Notes under the pieces: model-generated
Databases searched by the model: none
Told to the model about the DNA's origin: nothing
What the model saw: the letters and a program-made list of their open reading frames with translations, nothing else
Translations under genes and position numbers: made by a program
Assembly (NCBI GenBank): GCA_040388985.1
Contig: JAZKAU010000002.1
Coordinates: forward strand, 247,642 to 311,641
DNA length: 64,000 nt
Direction: 5' to 3'
Source of the DNA: Patescibacteria group bacterium
GTDB lineage: Bacteria > Patescibacteriota > Minisyncoccia > Phycocordibacterales > Phycocordibacteraceae
In this document: positions 26,311 through 38,516 of the stretch, piece by piece
Layout: each line of letters starts with the position of its first letter
How positions within the stretch are numbered: position 1 is the first letter of the stretch

Positions 26311-27006
26311 ATGAGTGAAGGAGGCCCCACAGTACTCAGTGCAACCTCAAAACGAATGCTAGGTATCCGTGACTTTGAGCCAATCCCCTTAGACACAAAG
26401 GCAAAACTACTAGGCAGTAACGAACGCATAATGGCGCTTCAGGCTGTAGATACGACAACCATGCCTCGTGGCCCCGTACGTGAGATGAAACGTTCAATTG
26501 TTCTGGAAATTCTGAAGCAAGGACTTCTCTCAACTGAGGTCCTGAGAAATAATCCGATGGTCTATATAGGCTCAGGAACAGATGTCGAATATCCGTTAGC
26601 TCTTGGCGGAAGACATATCATTATGGTTGATCCTGTCTTTGAGCAGCAGCAAGCGATACAAGAAGTCATCGATAGAATCGAGCATCTAATCGCGAAAGGT
26701 ATGGAGAAGGATCGAAATCGGCTAACATTTGATTTTGACTTCGGAGAGGGTAGCGAACAAGTAGTCGTTGAGCTGGTACCTAGTGCCTATGATGCTGACC
26801 TTGGCAGCGAAGGGTACGCCCTGCCTGATGCGATAGGGCACCTAGTCCTATATGCCAGCCAGGGGCCAACCGGTGCTGTATCAATAAGCCAAGAGATGAA
26901 ATCAAAGATAGTAGAGAATGGTGCAATCATTCAGGAAGCCGATATCACAAAAATTGCAAGGAATCGTCAAGAGGAACGTATCAGTCTCGGGAAGAGTCAC
27001 CTATAA
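26311..27006 (+). CDS. Hypothetical protein inserted in the pilus locus (possible Rossmann/methyltransferase-like)
   Basis: AT-richer ORF with VYIGSGTD and IMVDP motifs. Confidence 0.6.
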   Translation: MSEGGPTVLSATSKRMLGIRDFEPIPLDTKAKLLGSNERIMALQAVDTTTMPRGPVREMKRSIVLEILKQGLLSTEVLRNNPMVYIGSGTDVEYPLALGGRHIIMVDPVFEQQQAIQEVIDRIEHLIAKGMEKDRNRLTFDFDFGEGSEQVVVELVPSAYDADLGSEGYALPDAIGHLVLYASQGPTGAVSISQEMKSKIVENGAIIQEADITKIARNRQEERISLGKSHL

Positions 27007-27130
27007 GACTTACTTAAGGTGAGGTATACCCACTGCTTGCTCGCATGTGATGTATAAAAGGACGCGCTCTAGTATATGATTACGAGAGCTGGAACTCATT
27101 CGTGCTCAACGATTCCGGCATACTCTTTAC

Positions 27131-28906
27131 ATGAACATCCTCACGCTTCTGACCGACATAGGGACGCTGAAGCCCGAAGACGCGACCGCGATAGCTGACG
27201 AGTCGCGCACGTCGCAGACGCCGGTTGAGACTCTGCTTGAGAAGCGCGGCATAACTACTGAGACCATCCTCGCGGAAGCCGGGAAGCGCTACAGCATGCC
27301 GTACAAGATCCTTGCGCCCGGTCCCATCGGCAAGAAGGCGCTCGAGTACATTCCGGAAGAGTCCGCGAAGCACTATGGCTTCGCGCCCATCGGCCTTGAG
27401 GGCGGCGCACTCCAGGTGGGTATTACGGACCCTGACAACATCGAAGCGCTCGACGCGCTGCAATTCATCGCAGGGCGCGTGGGTCTGCCGTACAAGCTCT
27501 TTCTCATAAGCCAGGTCGACTTTAATAAGGTGATGGACGAATACGGGAGTTTCTCGGGCGAGGTGAGCGAAGCGCTTTCCGAGCTTGAACCGACCGAGAT
27601 TCCTGAGGAAACTAAAGGCAAGAAGAAGGATGAACCCGAAGAGCACACCATCAAGGAGGACGCACCGGTTACGAAGATCGTCCAGACCATCCTGCGTTAC
27701 GCGGTAGAAGGCGGTGCCTCCGACATCCACATCGAACCGACTCCTGAGAAGACGCAGGTGCGTTTCCGCATGGACGGCAAGCTCCACATGTCGCTCGAAC
27801 TTCCGGGGAAAGTGCATCCGGCGGTCGTTGCGCGCATAAAGATACTCTCGCAGATGCGCCTCGATGAGCGGCGCAAGCCGCAGGACGGCCGTTTCTCCGC
27901 TACGGTCGAAGGCAGGCGTATCGACTTCCGCGTCTCGACCTTCCCGACGCAGTTCGGCGAGAAGGTCGTGATGCGTATCCTCGACCGCTCGAAGTCGGTC
28001 GCGACCCTCGAGAGCCTCGGCTTCACCGAACGAGACTTCCAGACTATCCAAGAGATCATCGCAAAGCCCTACGGCATCATCCTCATATCCGGACCTACCG
28101 GTTCGGGTAAGTCGACGACGCTCTTCGCGATGCTCTCGGCACTCGACCGGGAAGCGCTGAATGTGGTATCGGTCGAAGACCCGGTCGAGTATGAGATACC
28201 GGGCGTCGCGCAATCGCAGGTCCATCCGGAAATCGGGTACACCTTCGCCTCAGGTCTGCGCTCCATCCTGCGTCAGGATCCGAACGTCATCATGGTGGGA
28301 GAGATTCGTGATAAGGAGACCGCGCAGCTGGCCATTCAGGCGGCGCTCACGGGCCACCTGGTCTTCTCGACCATCCACACGAATACGGCTGCAGGCGTCA
28401 TTCCGCGTCTGGTAGACATGGGCGTTGACCCGTATCTCATCGCGCCCACGCTCATAGCGGCCATCGGCCAGCGTCTTGTCCGCAAGCTCTGTCCGGGAGC
28501 GGGAGTCGGTACGCCCGTCTCAGACAGCGTGAAGCTCAGGCTTGAGAAGGATTTCTCGGATCTTCCGGAAGAGTTCCGGAAGACGGTCCCGCCATTCACT
28601 ACCCTCTATGAAGCCTCGACGACGCCTGACTGTCCGAATGGCACCCGCGGGCGTCTCGCGGTGTTCGAGATCCTCAAGATGGATAAGGATCTGGAGAAAG
28701 TCGTGCTCGAGCATCCGATAGAAGAGAAGGTATACGCTGCCGCCCGCGAAAAGGGCATGTTTACGATGCGCGAGGATGCTATCATGAAAGCGTTAGTCGG
28801 CCAGATACCGTTCCAGGAAGTTGATACGCTGGGCGGCGCGCTCCTGGCTGACGAAGAGAGCGAAGAGAATGTCGAGAGTGAAGAGCCGGCGCAGGCGCCC
28901 TTATAA
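27131..28906 (+). CDS. pilB: Type IV pilus assembly ATPase PilB/GspE
   Basis: ASDIHIEP, PQDGRF, GPTGSGKST, EDPVEY, LRQDPNVIMVGEIRD, TGHLVFSTIHTN. Confidence 0.95.
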   Translation: MNILTLLTDIGTLKPEDATAIADESRTSQTPVETLLEKRGITTETILAEAGKRYSMPYKILAPGPIGKKALEYIPEESAKHYGFAPIGLEGGALQVGITDPDNIEALDALQFIAGRVGLPYKLFLISQVDFNKVMDEYGSFSGEVSEALSELEPTEIPEETKGKKKDEPEEHTIKEDAPVTKIVQTILRYAVEGGASDIHIEPTPEKTQVRFRMDGKLHMSLELPGKVHPAVVARIKILSQMRLDERRKPQDGRFSATVEGRRIDFRVSTFPTQFGEKVVMRILDRSKSVATLESLGFTERDFQTIQEIIAKPYGIILISGPTGSGKSTTLFAMLSALDREALNVVSVEDPVEYEIPGVAQSQVHPEIGYTFASGLRSILRQDPNVIMVGEIRDKETAQLAIQAALTGHLVFSTIHTNTAAGVIPRLVDMGVDPYLIAPTLIAAIGQRLVRKLCPGAGVGTPVSDSVKLRLEKDFSDLPEEFRKTVPPFTTLYEASTTPDCPNGTRGRLAVFEILKMDKDLEKVVLEHPIEEKVYAAAREKGMFTMREDAIMKALVGQIPFQEVDTLGGALLADEESEENVESEEPAQAPL

Positions 28907-28917
28907 CTGACTACCGC

Positions 28918-29322
28918 ATGGCACCAACGAAACCTTACAAAATATATCTGGTCGACGATGATCGTTTCCTGCTCGACATGTATGCGGTGAAATTCAAGGC
29001 CGCAGGTCACGAAGTGGCGGCCTTCCCGGGCGGTATGGCAGTGCTTGAAGCCCTGCGCAAAGGACCTGCGCCTGACGCCTTGTTGCTCGATATCATGATG
29101 CCCGAGATAGACGGCTTCGGCGTGCTCGAAGCCGTACGCAAGGAACATCTCGGAGAACCCGCCATGAAGGTCATCGTACTTTCCAATCAAGGACAGCCTG
29201 CAGATATCGAACGCGCCACTGCCTTCAAGGTGGACGGATACATCATCAAGGCTTCTGCCATACCATCGGAAGTATTCTCCGAGACCATTCGCATCATCGA
29301 GGCTTCCCAGGCAGCCATCTAA
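28918..29322 (+). CDS. Single-domain response regulator
   Basis: VDDD, LLDIMMP, LSN, YIIK. Confidence 0.9.
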   Translation: MAPTKPYKIYLVDDDRFLLDMYAVKFKAAGHEVAAFPGGMAVLEALRKGPAPDALLLDIMMPEIDGFGVLEAVRKEHLGEPAMKVIVLSNQGQPADIERATAFKVDGYIIKASAIPSEVFSETIRIIEASQAAI

Positions 29323-29363
29323 CCTGGCGCCGATAAAGCGTTACGAACATTCATTTGATACCC

Positions 29364-30431
29364 ATGACTCCTGAAATAAAACAACGCATAGCTACGCTGC
29401 TCGACACCGTCGTTTCCGAAGGGGGGTCGGACTTGCACTTATCGGTAGGGAGCCATCCCATCGTACGCGTCTCGGGGTCCCTCGTATCCCTGCTCCAGCA
29501 GCCGGTACTTACTCCTGAGGACACGAGCGCGATACTGAATGCTATGGCGCCTGCAGCGCGCCTCGAGAAGTTCGCGGCTGATCAGACCATCGATTTCTCA
29601 TACGCGCATACGGCCGTCGCCCGCTTCCGCGTCAACGGCTTCGTCGTGCAAGGCTCAGTCGCGCTCGCCATGCGCCTCATCCCGCACGAGACGCACACCT
29701 TCGAGAAGCTCAATCTCCCGCCTATCCTCGAGGTCTTCACTCAGCGCCAGCAGGGCTTCTTCCTCATCGTAGGCCCGGTCGGTCAGGGAAAGTCGACGAC
29801 GATGGCCGCCATCATCGACCGCATCAATGAGACGCGCGCCGAGCACATCGTCACCATCGAGGACCCGGTCGAATACATCTTCGACGCGAAAAAGTCTCTC
29901 ATCCATCAGCGCGAAGTGCATATTGATGCGCCGGACTTCCACAGCGCGCTTCAATCGGCCTTCCGCGAGGACGTGAACGTCATCATGGTGGGCGAGATGC
30001 GCGATCAGGAGACGATCTCCTCCGCCGTTACCGCAGCTGAGACCGGCCACCTCGTCCTCTCGACACTTCACACCAATAACGCCGCGCAGACCATCGACCG
30101 TATCATCGATATGTTCCCGCCTAACCAGCAGGATCAGGTGCGTGTGCAGCTGGCAGGCTCTCTCGCCGGCATCTTCTCGCAGCGCCTGGTGCCGCGCATC
30201 GCCGGCGGCCTCATCCCGGCCTACGAGCTTCTCATCAATAACAGCGCCATCGCCAACCTCATCCGCGAGGGCCGCACGCACGAGATATCGACGGTTATTC
30301 AGACCAGCTCCCAGGAAGGCATGATCGATATGGATCGTTCGCTTGCAGAGCTCGTTCGCCGCGGCGAAGTTACGATCGAGCACGCCTATGAACGGGCGTC
30401 TGATCCTAAGACCTTCGAACGCTATCTCTAA
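29364..30431 (+). CDS. pilT: Type IV pilus retraction ATPase PilT
   Basis: SDLHL, GPVGQGKST, EDPVEY, ETGHLVLSTLHT, AIANLIRE. Confidence 0.93.
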   Translation: MTPEIKQRIATLLDTVVSEGGSDLHLSVGSHPIVRVSGSLVSLLQQPVLTPEDTSAILNAMAPAARLEKFAADQTIDFSYAHTAVARFRVNGFVVQGSVALAMRLIPHETHTFEKLNLPPILEVFTQRQQGFFLIVGPVGQGKSTTMAAIIDRINETRAEHIVTIEDPVEYIFDAKKSLIHQREVHIDAPDFHSALQSAFREDVNVIMVGEMRDQETISSAVTAAETGHLVLSTLHTNNAAQTIDRIIDMFPPNQQDQVRVQLAGSLAGIFSQRLVPRIAGGLIPAYELLINNSAIANLIREGRTHEISTVIQTSSQEGMIDMDRSLAELVRRGEVTIEHAYERASDPKTFERYL

Positions 30432-30553
30432 GGACAAACTAAAACGTTCATCTGCGTCGTTGCTCGCTCCGATTCGCATTCACCGTATAGCTCATACGGC
30501 TCATTGCGATTCTCGCTCGTGCCTAGCATCTGAAGCCTTTTAGACTTGCCCTT
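30430..30553. repeat. Palindromic intergenic element between pilT and pilC
   Basis: Imperfect terminal IR (AAGGACAAACTAAAACGTTCA / TGAAGCCTTTTAGACTTGCCCTT). The core CGCTC..CACCGTA..TACG.CTC..GATTCTC resembles 26106-26148. Confidence 0.55.
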
Positions 30554-30606
30554 AATCCCCGCAGGGCGCTATCTGTAGGCCTCGCTTTGCTATAAGCTAT
30601 AGGTAC

Positions 30607-31815
30607 ATGCTGTTCAGCTACCACGCACTCGACCAAGACGGACATGAGCGGCAGGGCACCGTAGAGGCGCTCTCCATGGATGTCGCCGTCTCGACGCTCC
30701 AGCGCCGCAGCCTCATCGTCTCTTCCATCGAGCCTGCGATAAAGAAGTCGCTGTTGCAGATAGATATCTCGCTCTTCAAGCGCGTCTCGAATAAGGACGT
30801 GGTTATCCTCTCGCGCCAGATAGCGACTCTGTTCGAGGCACAGGTGTCGGCGCTGCGCATCTTCCGCCTCCTTGCCGCTGAAGTCGACAACAAGACCCTT
30901 GCCGAAGTCATGACGCAAGTCGCTGACGACCTGCAAGGCGGCAGCCCGATATCCAAGGCGATGGCCCGGCATCCGAAAGTCTTCAGCAACTTTTACGTGA
31001 ATATGGTTCGTTCAGGAGAGGAGTCCGGAAAGCTCTCGGATACCTTCGGCTACCTTGCCGACTATCTCGACCGTACCTACGAAGTCATGAGCAAGGCGCA
31101 GAACGCCCTCATCTATCCGGCCTTCGTCATCGGCGTCTTCGTCATCGTCATGGCGCTCATGCTCACGATGGTCATCCCGCGTATCAGCGCCATCCTCACT
31201 GAATCTGGCTCTGCCATTCCGGTCTATACGCAGGTCGTCATCGCCCTCTCGAATTTCCTCGTGCACTACGGCTTCTTCATCCTTATCGCCATCGCCATCG
31301 GTATCGTCTTCATCTACCGCTCCTTGCAGACGCCGGCAGGCAAGCTTTTCTTTGACAGCTTCAAGCTCGACGTGCCGTATATCGGCGATCTGTATCAGAA
31401 GCTCTATCTCTCGCGCATCGCGGATAACTTCTCGACCATGCTCGTCTCGGGCGTACCTGTGGTGGAAGCGGTCGAAATCACTGCATCCGTGGTCGGAAGT
31501 GCGACCTACGAGCGCATCCTTGCTGAGACGGGCGAAGCAGTTAAGGGAGGATCATCCATATCGGATGCGCTCGGCAGGCACCCGGAGATTCCCGGCATCA
31601 TGACGGCCATGATAAAGGTGGGGGAGGAGACGGGAGAGTTGGGCACGATTCTCTCGACGCTGGCCAAGTTCTATCGCCGCGAAGTGTCGACCGCGGTCGA
31701 TACCCTCGTCGACCTCATCGAGCCGCTCATGATAGTGCTGCTCGGTCTTGGCGTCGGAACGCTCCTTGCCTCGGTGCTCATACCTATCTATAACCTCGCC
31801 GGATCCATCAATTAG
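30607..31815 (+). CDS. pilC: Type IV pilus platform protein PilC (GspF family)
   Basis: GEESGKL, ALIYPAFV, GEETGEL, LIEPLMIV. Confidence 0.95.
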   Translation: MLFSYHALDQDGHERQGTVEALSMDVAVSTLQRRSLIVSSIEPAIKKSLLQIDISLFKRVSNKDVVILSRQIATLFEAQVSALRIFRLLAAEVDNKTLAEVMTQVADDLQGGSPISKAMARHPKVFSNFYVNMVRSGEESGKLSDTFGYLADYLDRTYEVMSKAQNALIYPAFVIGVFVIVMALMLTMVIPRISAILTESGSAIPVYTQVVIALSNFLVHYGFFILIAIAIGIVFIYRSLQTPAGKLFFDSFKLDVPYIGDLYQKLYLSRIADNFSTMLVSGVPVVEAVEITASVVGSATYERILAETGEAVKGGSSISDALGRHPEIPGIMTAMIKVGEETGELGTILSTLAKFYRREVSTAVDTLVDLIEPLMIVLLGLGVGTLLASVLIPIYNLAGSIN

Positions 31816-31910
31816 CGGGATTATCCACAGGGAGCGTATACATTCCTTCATCTTCACGTACAATACGGGAAGCGGACCACTTATTTATCAACCCGCATCA
31901 CCAATCTTTT

Positions 31911-32357
31911 ATGACACTAGTATCCTCTAAAGCACGACGCGGTCTTTCCGAGGACGCGCGCTCAGGCTTCACCCTCATCGAGCTCCTCGTCGTTATAGCC
32001 ATCATCGGCATCCTCTCGTCGGTCGTGCTGGCTTCGCTCAACACCGCTCGCAATAAGGGTGCAGATGCGGCTATCAAGTCGAACATCAATAACGCGCGCG
32101 CTGCAGCGGAGCTCTACTACGACTCTCAGTCGCCTAACAGCTATACGGGCGTCTGTGCCTCAGCCAGCGGTATCGCCCCTATGGTTACGGGAACGAACAG
32201 TGCCGGAGGTACGGCATCATGTCTTGATACGGGCGGCGCTGCATGGAGACTCTCTTCTGTGCTGAAGGCAGTCTCTCCGACGAGTTATTACTGCGTCGAT
32301 AGCACTGGCGTCTCCAAGATCACTACTACGGCTCCTACCACGACTGCGTGTCCGTAA
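31911..32357 (+). CDS. Type IV pilin 1
   Basis: G|FTLIELLVVIAIIGILSSVVLASL, four Cys in the head domain. Confidence 0.93.
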   Translation: MTLVSSKARRGLSEDARSGFTLIELLVVIAIIGILSSVVLASLNTARNKGADAAIKSNINNARAAAELYYDSQSPNSYTGVCASASGIAPMVTGTNSAGGTASCLDTGGAAWRLSSVLKAVSPTSYYCVDSTGVSKITTTAPTTTACP

Positions 32358-32375
32358 GGATCAGAAGGATACTGT

Positions 32376-32432
32376 GCCGGTGTGCATAGCAAAGGGCGAC
32401 CCGAAGGGTCGCCCTTTGCTATGCACACCGGC
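32376..32432. terminator. Long perfect hairpin between the two pilins
   Basis: 27-bp perfect inverted repeat with a GAA loop. Confidence 0.6.
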
Positions 32433-32499
32433 TACGCCGTCAGTAGGTCGCGTGGCGTATAGTAAAGATATCAGCCGTTAACGGAACGAATGCATTTCT

Positions 32500-32997
32500 A
32501 TGTCCCTATCTAGCCGAAGTAATCAAGCCGGCTTCACCCTCATCGAGCTCCTCGTCGTTATAGCCATCATCGGCATCCTCTCGTCGGTCGTGCTGGCTTC
32601 GCTCAACACCGCTCGCAATAAGGGTGCAGATGCGGCTATCAAGTCGAATCTCGCTAACGCGCGAGCGCAGGCAGAATCGTATTACGACAGCAACACTCTG
32701 AGCTATCTGAATGCCTGCACGTCGGGCGCTACCGCTGCCGGCGTGAAGGGTATCTATGACTTCGCCCTCTCTGCCTCGAACTCCGCGGGCATTGCTCTGG
32801 CGAATCTGAACACTACGCTTGGAAACGCTGGCGCGGTCGGTCTCAAGGTGACCTGCCACGCTTCTGCAACGGGATACGCTCTCGAGTCGCCGCTCAAGAC
32901 GGACGCTACGAAGATGTATTGTGTCGACAATCTGGGCTTCAACGGCGTTCAGAATACCGGTCAGTTCCTCGCCGGTAGCGATGTACAGTGTAATTAG
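32500..32997 (+). CDS. Type IV pilin 2
   Basis: Same G|FTLIE N-terminal helix as pilin 1 with a divergent head domain. Confidence 0.93.
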   Translation: MSLSSRSNQAGFTLIELLVVIAIIGILSSVVLASLNTARNKGADAAIKSNLANARAQAESYYDSNTLSYLNACTSGATAAGVKGIYDFALSASNSAGIALANLNTTLGNAGAVGLKVTCHASATGYALESPLKTDATKMYCVDNLGFNGVQNTGQFLAGSDVQCN

Positions 32998-33033
32998 CAT
33001 GCAGGACGCCAGACTCTCGCAGGTGACGCGCGC

Positions 33034-33783
33034 ATGACCGCTCTTATTCTCAGCTCCCTCGCCATACTCGGCGCGATATGCGCGAGTTTTGTGGGTGTCG
33101 TCGCTGAGCGCGCGTATACCGGTCAGTCATGGAAGCGCGGGCGTTCGCGCTGCAATTCGTGCCGGCAGTCGCTCGGTGCCCGTGACCTGCTGCCGGCAGT
33201 ATCCTGGTTCGCATATCGTGGACGATGCCGCATGTGCCGCTCGAAAGTACCAGTGCGCTACGCAGTGTCTGAAATCGCCCTCGCGGCTCTCTTTGTGCTC
33301 AGCTACCTACATCTGGGTCTGGGTCTTCCGCTCGTGCTCTTTCTCAGCTTCCTTTGCGTATTAAGCTTCGTCGTTATCTACGATCTGCACCACCACATCG
33401 TTCCGCTACCCGCCTCGGCACTTCTGATACTCATCGCTCTGGCGTATATGCTCACGACTGCCAGTACTATCGCTCATCTTGAATTCACGCTACTCGTAGC
33501 CGCTCTCGTCGCGCTCTTCTTCTTCAGCCTCTATTTCTTCTCTCGCGGACGAGCCATGGGACTCGGCGATACGCCGGTAGCCTTCGCGCTCTCGCTCCTT
33601 AGCGGTTCTACGGCCATAGCTGGGCTCTTCTTCTCTTTCTGGGTGGGGGCGGTTATCGGCATTGCCATATTGGTTTCTCGCCCCGGTGGGCCTAGAATGG
33701 GTATAGAGGTGCCGTTCGTGCCGTTTCTCGCGATCGGCTTTCTCCTGGCATTCTTTACCCAATGGAACCCGCTCCCTTTCTAA
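33034..33783 (+). CDS. pilD: Prepilin peptidase
   Basis: RSRCNSC, GRCRMC, IYDL, MGLGD, VPFVPFL. Confidence 0.93.
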   Translation: MTALILSSLAILGAICASFVGVVAERAYTGQSWKRGRSRCNSCRQSLGARDLLPAVSWFAYRGRCRMCRSKVPVRYAVSEIALAALFVLSYLHLGLGLPLVLFLSFLCVLSFVVIYDLHHHIVPLPASALLILIALAYMLTTASTIAHLEFTLLVAALVALFFFSLYFFSRGRAMGLGDTPVAFALSLLSGSTAIAGLFFSFWVGAVIGIAILVSRPGGPRMGIEVPFVPFLAIGFLLAFFTQWNPLPF

Positions 33784-34505
33784 GACTTGCAGACAGAAGA
33801 CGTGCATCGCGAAGCGATGCACGTGATGTGGCGGCCTGCGCTCCGGCAGGGTTCACGCTGGTAGAGATGGTAGTCGTGCTCGCTATCATAGGGATACTCA
33901 CGACGATAACCCTGCTCGGCCAGTCGACGTTCAATCAATCCCTCCTGCTTACCGACACTGCCTATACGATGGCCTTCTCAGCGCGCGAAGCGCAATCCTT
34001 CGGCCTCTCGAGCCGGCAATTCGGCGGGATACAGAACGCGGGCGCGGGCTATGGCCTGCATTTCGACCGCTCTTTGCCGGGTTCCTATATCCTCTTTGCC
34101 GACATATCCCATTTCTTAACCCCCGTGTCTTCTACGATATGCCCGCCGAATGTCCCGGGTACGCCTGAGCAGCGCCCGGGTAATTGTCGCTATGATGCTT
34201 CAGGTCCCGCCGACGGTACGGTCGAGACATTCACCTTTTCACGCGGCTTCACTATACTGAGGTTCTGCGGAAAGACATCAGGATCCTCGAAAGAATGTTC
34301 AGACGACTCCTCCTTGCCGCTTACATCGCTTGATATCGTATTTACGAGGCCCAATACGTCCGCAACCATATCGGGCATGCGCGCGAGCTCGCTCGACCTG
34401 TTCTCCTGTGCCGAAGTGACGGTCACCGACCAGACCAAGACGGCGTCGAAGATCATACGCTTATCCCAGTTGGGCGAGATATCCGTAGGCCAGACATGTC
34501 CATGA
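33762..34505 (+). CDS. Minor pilin (FimT/GspH-like)
   Basis: GFTLVEMVVVLAIIG. The true start is uncertain (possibly GTG at 33828). Confidence 0.82.
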   Translation: MEPAPFLRLADRRRASRSDARDVAACAPAGFTLVEMVVVLAIIGILTTITLLGQSTFNQSLLLTDTAYTMAFSAREAQSFGLSSRQFGGIQNAGAGYGLHFDRSLPGSYILFADISHFLTPVSSTICPPNVPGTPEQRPGNCRYDASGPADGTVETFTFSRGFTILRFCGKTSGSSKECSDDSSLPLTSLDIVFTRPNTSATISGMRASSLDLFSCAEVTVTDQTKTASKIIRLSQLGEISVGQTCP

Positions 34506-34585
34506 TGAAAACAGCAGATAGCACAGAGAGGATAGGAGATAATGGCAATGCGACGCGCCGCGTCGCACGGGCTACTATTCCCCAT

Positions 34586-35155
34586 ATGCTCACCCCTAAG
34601 CACTCGCCGCGTGGCTTCACCCTGCTCGAGCTCATCGTCTCCATCGGCCTTTTCACCGTGGTCATGACCATTGCCATGAGCGCCTATCTTTCGCTCATCA
34701 GTCTCAACCGGAAAGCGCGCGCTACTAACGACGTCGTCTCGAATCTCTCCTATGTCGTCGAGTCCATGGGTCGTTCTATCCGAACCGGCACGAATTACGA
34801 CTGCGGAGGGCTCGGAGGAGCCCAGAATTGCTGGGATTCGACCGGCAGCACGCAGTTCAATTTTACCAACAGCAATGGTCAGACCATGACCTATCTCCTG
34901 CAGTCGGGGGGCGTCATAGGCATGTGCCCTGACGCTACGTCATGCGGCAATCCGCAGCCGCTCACCGATCCGCGCATAAATGTTACAGACCTGCACTTCT
35001 TCGTGCAGGGAGTCGGCACGACTGGCGGGGACCTGAGCCTCCAGCCGCGCGTCGTCTTCACTATTTCTGGCTCGATAACGCCTGAAGTCGGCGCTGCGCC
35101 CGTGAGCTTCAGCATCCAGAGCAGCGCGACCGAGCGTCTCATCGACATACCATGA
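34586..35155 (+). CDS. Minor pilin (PilW/GspJ-like)
   Basis: GFTLLELIVSIG. ATG at 34586 follows TACTAT; the ORF is open from 34496. Confidence 0.82.
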   Translation: MLTPKHSPRGFTLLELIVSIGLFTVVMTIAMSAYLSLISLNRKARATNDVVSNLSYVVESMGRSIRTGTNYDCGGLGGAQNCWDSTGSTQFNFTNSNGQTMTYLLQSGGVIGMCPDATSCGNPQPLTDPRINVTDLHFFVQGVGTTGGDLSLQPRVVFTISGSITPEVGAAPVSFSIQSSATERLIDIP

Positions 35156-35220
35156 TGAAAAGAGCGCATACCATGCAGTTGATAGGGAAGACACGAACCG
35201 CATCAGGCAGTGATACAGGC

Positions 35221-35748
35221 ATGACCGCGCTGCCTCCCGCAGGCTTCACCTTAGTCGAGACCTTGGTCGCCATAACGATACTCATGATAGCTATCGTAGG
35301 TCCGTTCTACTCCGTGCAGCAGGCGATCAGCGCTTCATACGCTGCGCGCGACCAGCTCATCGCCTCATCGCTCGCGCAGGAAGGTGCCGAATACATCTAT
35401 TTCCTTCGCGATAATAACTATCTGTCGGGTACCGGTAACTCATGGCTTCAGAATATGGATGCCTGCAAGGTGAATACTCTCTCGGACCCGGGCTGTACGG
35501 TCGATCCGACACAGGGTAATGCGCTTGCTGCCTGCTCGTCGAGCGGGTGCCTGCCGCTACGACTGAGCTCTACCGGCCTTTACACGCAGAATACTCTCGG
35601 CGGATATCCGGTGACGCGCTTCACGCGCACGGTCAAGATCCTGCAAGTCTCGGCGAGCGAAGCGAAGGTCGTCGTGCAGGTTACATGGTCTACGAGCCAC
35701 CGGCCGTATACTATTACGGTGACTGACGACCTCTATAACTGGCTATGA
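35221..35748 (+). CDS. Minor pilin (PilV/GspI-like)
   Basis: GFTLVETLVAITIL, LAQEGAE. The ORF is open from 35152. Confidence 0.82.
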   Translation: MTALPPAGFTLVETLVAITILMIAIVGPFYSVQQAISASYAARDQLIASSLAQEGAEYIYFLRDNNYLSGTGNSWLQNMDACKVNTLSDPGCTVDPTQGNALAACSSSGCLPLRLSSTGLYTQNTLGGYPVTRFTRTVKILQVSASEAKVVVQVTWSTSHRPYTITVTDDLYNWL

Positions 35749-36257
35749 TGACTCCCACTATCTTTCCTCGGGAGCTTGTCCAGGACGCACGTTCCGGGTT
35801 CGCGCTCCTCATAGCTATCATCTTCACTTCGGTGGTGCTCGCGCTCGGCGCATCTCTGCTTGATGTCGCCTATAAGCAGGTGTTGCTCTCCTCAAGCGCG
35901 AAGCAGTCGCAGTACGCCTTCTATAACGCCGATTCGGCCCTTGAGTGCGCGCTGTACTGGGATCAGACATCCAACGCATTCAGCTATAGCGCGCCTGCGC
36001 CCGGTGGATCGATCGTCTGCGACAGCCAGGCGGTAAAGGCCTATTCAAGCACTCAAGATGCGTTCGCCGGACTGCGCACTACAGTCTTCGGCACCTCCGA
36101 TACGTCAGACCCTACCTGCACAGGAAGCAATATCTCGGCCACCGTGACCGTGCTCAAGCAAACCGACGGGAGCACCAGGATATACGCTGATGGATATAAT
36201 ACGTGCAACGCATCAAGCAATACTAGGATTGAGCGCGGCCTGAAAGTTCACTATTAA
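35745..36257 (+). CDS. Minor pilin (PilX/GspK-like)
   Basis: GFALLIA lacking Glu5, AFYNADSALECA. Confidence 0.82.
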   Translation: MMTPTIFPRELVQDARSGFALLIAIIFTSVVLALGASLLDVAYKQVLLSSSAKQSQYAFYNADSALECALYWDQTSNAFSYSAPAPGGSIVCDSQAVKAYSSTQDAFAGLRTTVFGTSDTSDPTCTGSNISATVTVLKQTDGSTRIYADGYNTCNASSNTRIERGLKVHY

Positions 36258-36451
36258 AGGGTCTCCTGGTTTCCCGACCTGCGGCGTTCATGCTTCTGCT
36301 CCGCCTCACCACAAGGCCTACCTCGGAAGGCAGGCACTCCTTATTTGCTAACTCCAGCCCGTCGTAAGCAAATAATGTCGGGTACTTCCAATCTCTAATC
36401 GCTTCGCTCAAGAGATTTAGGTCGTGCATATCGGGTTTTTTAGAAACCTCT
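36258..36451. repeat. Palindromic intergenic element, copy 2
   Basis: Shares four sequence blocks and the terminal TCGGGTTTTTTAGAAACCTC with 26066-26241. Confidence 0.7.
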
Positions 36452-36476
36452 TACGGTGGTTGCCTGCGCGCGGTAG

Positions 36477-38504
<2,028 letters not shown>

Positions 38505-38516
38505 TACAGTCCTTCT

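Noticed and set aside
31911-32997. Diversity-generating retroelement acting on the pilins
   Set aside because: The shared block is 100% identical with no adenine-specific mismatches, covers the constant region, and no reverse transcriptase is present in the window.
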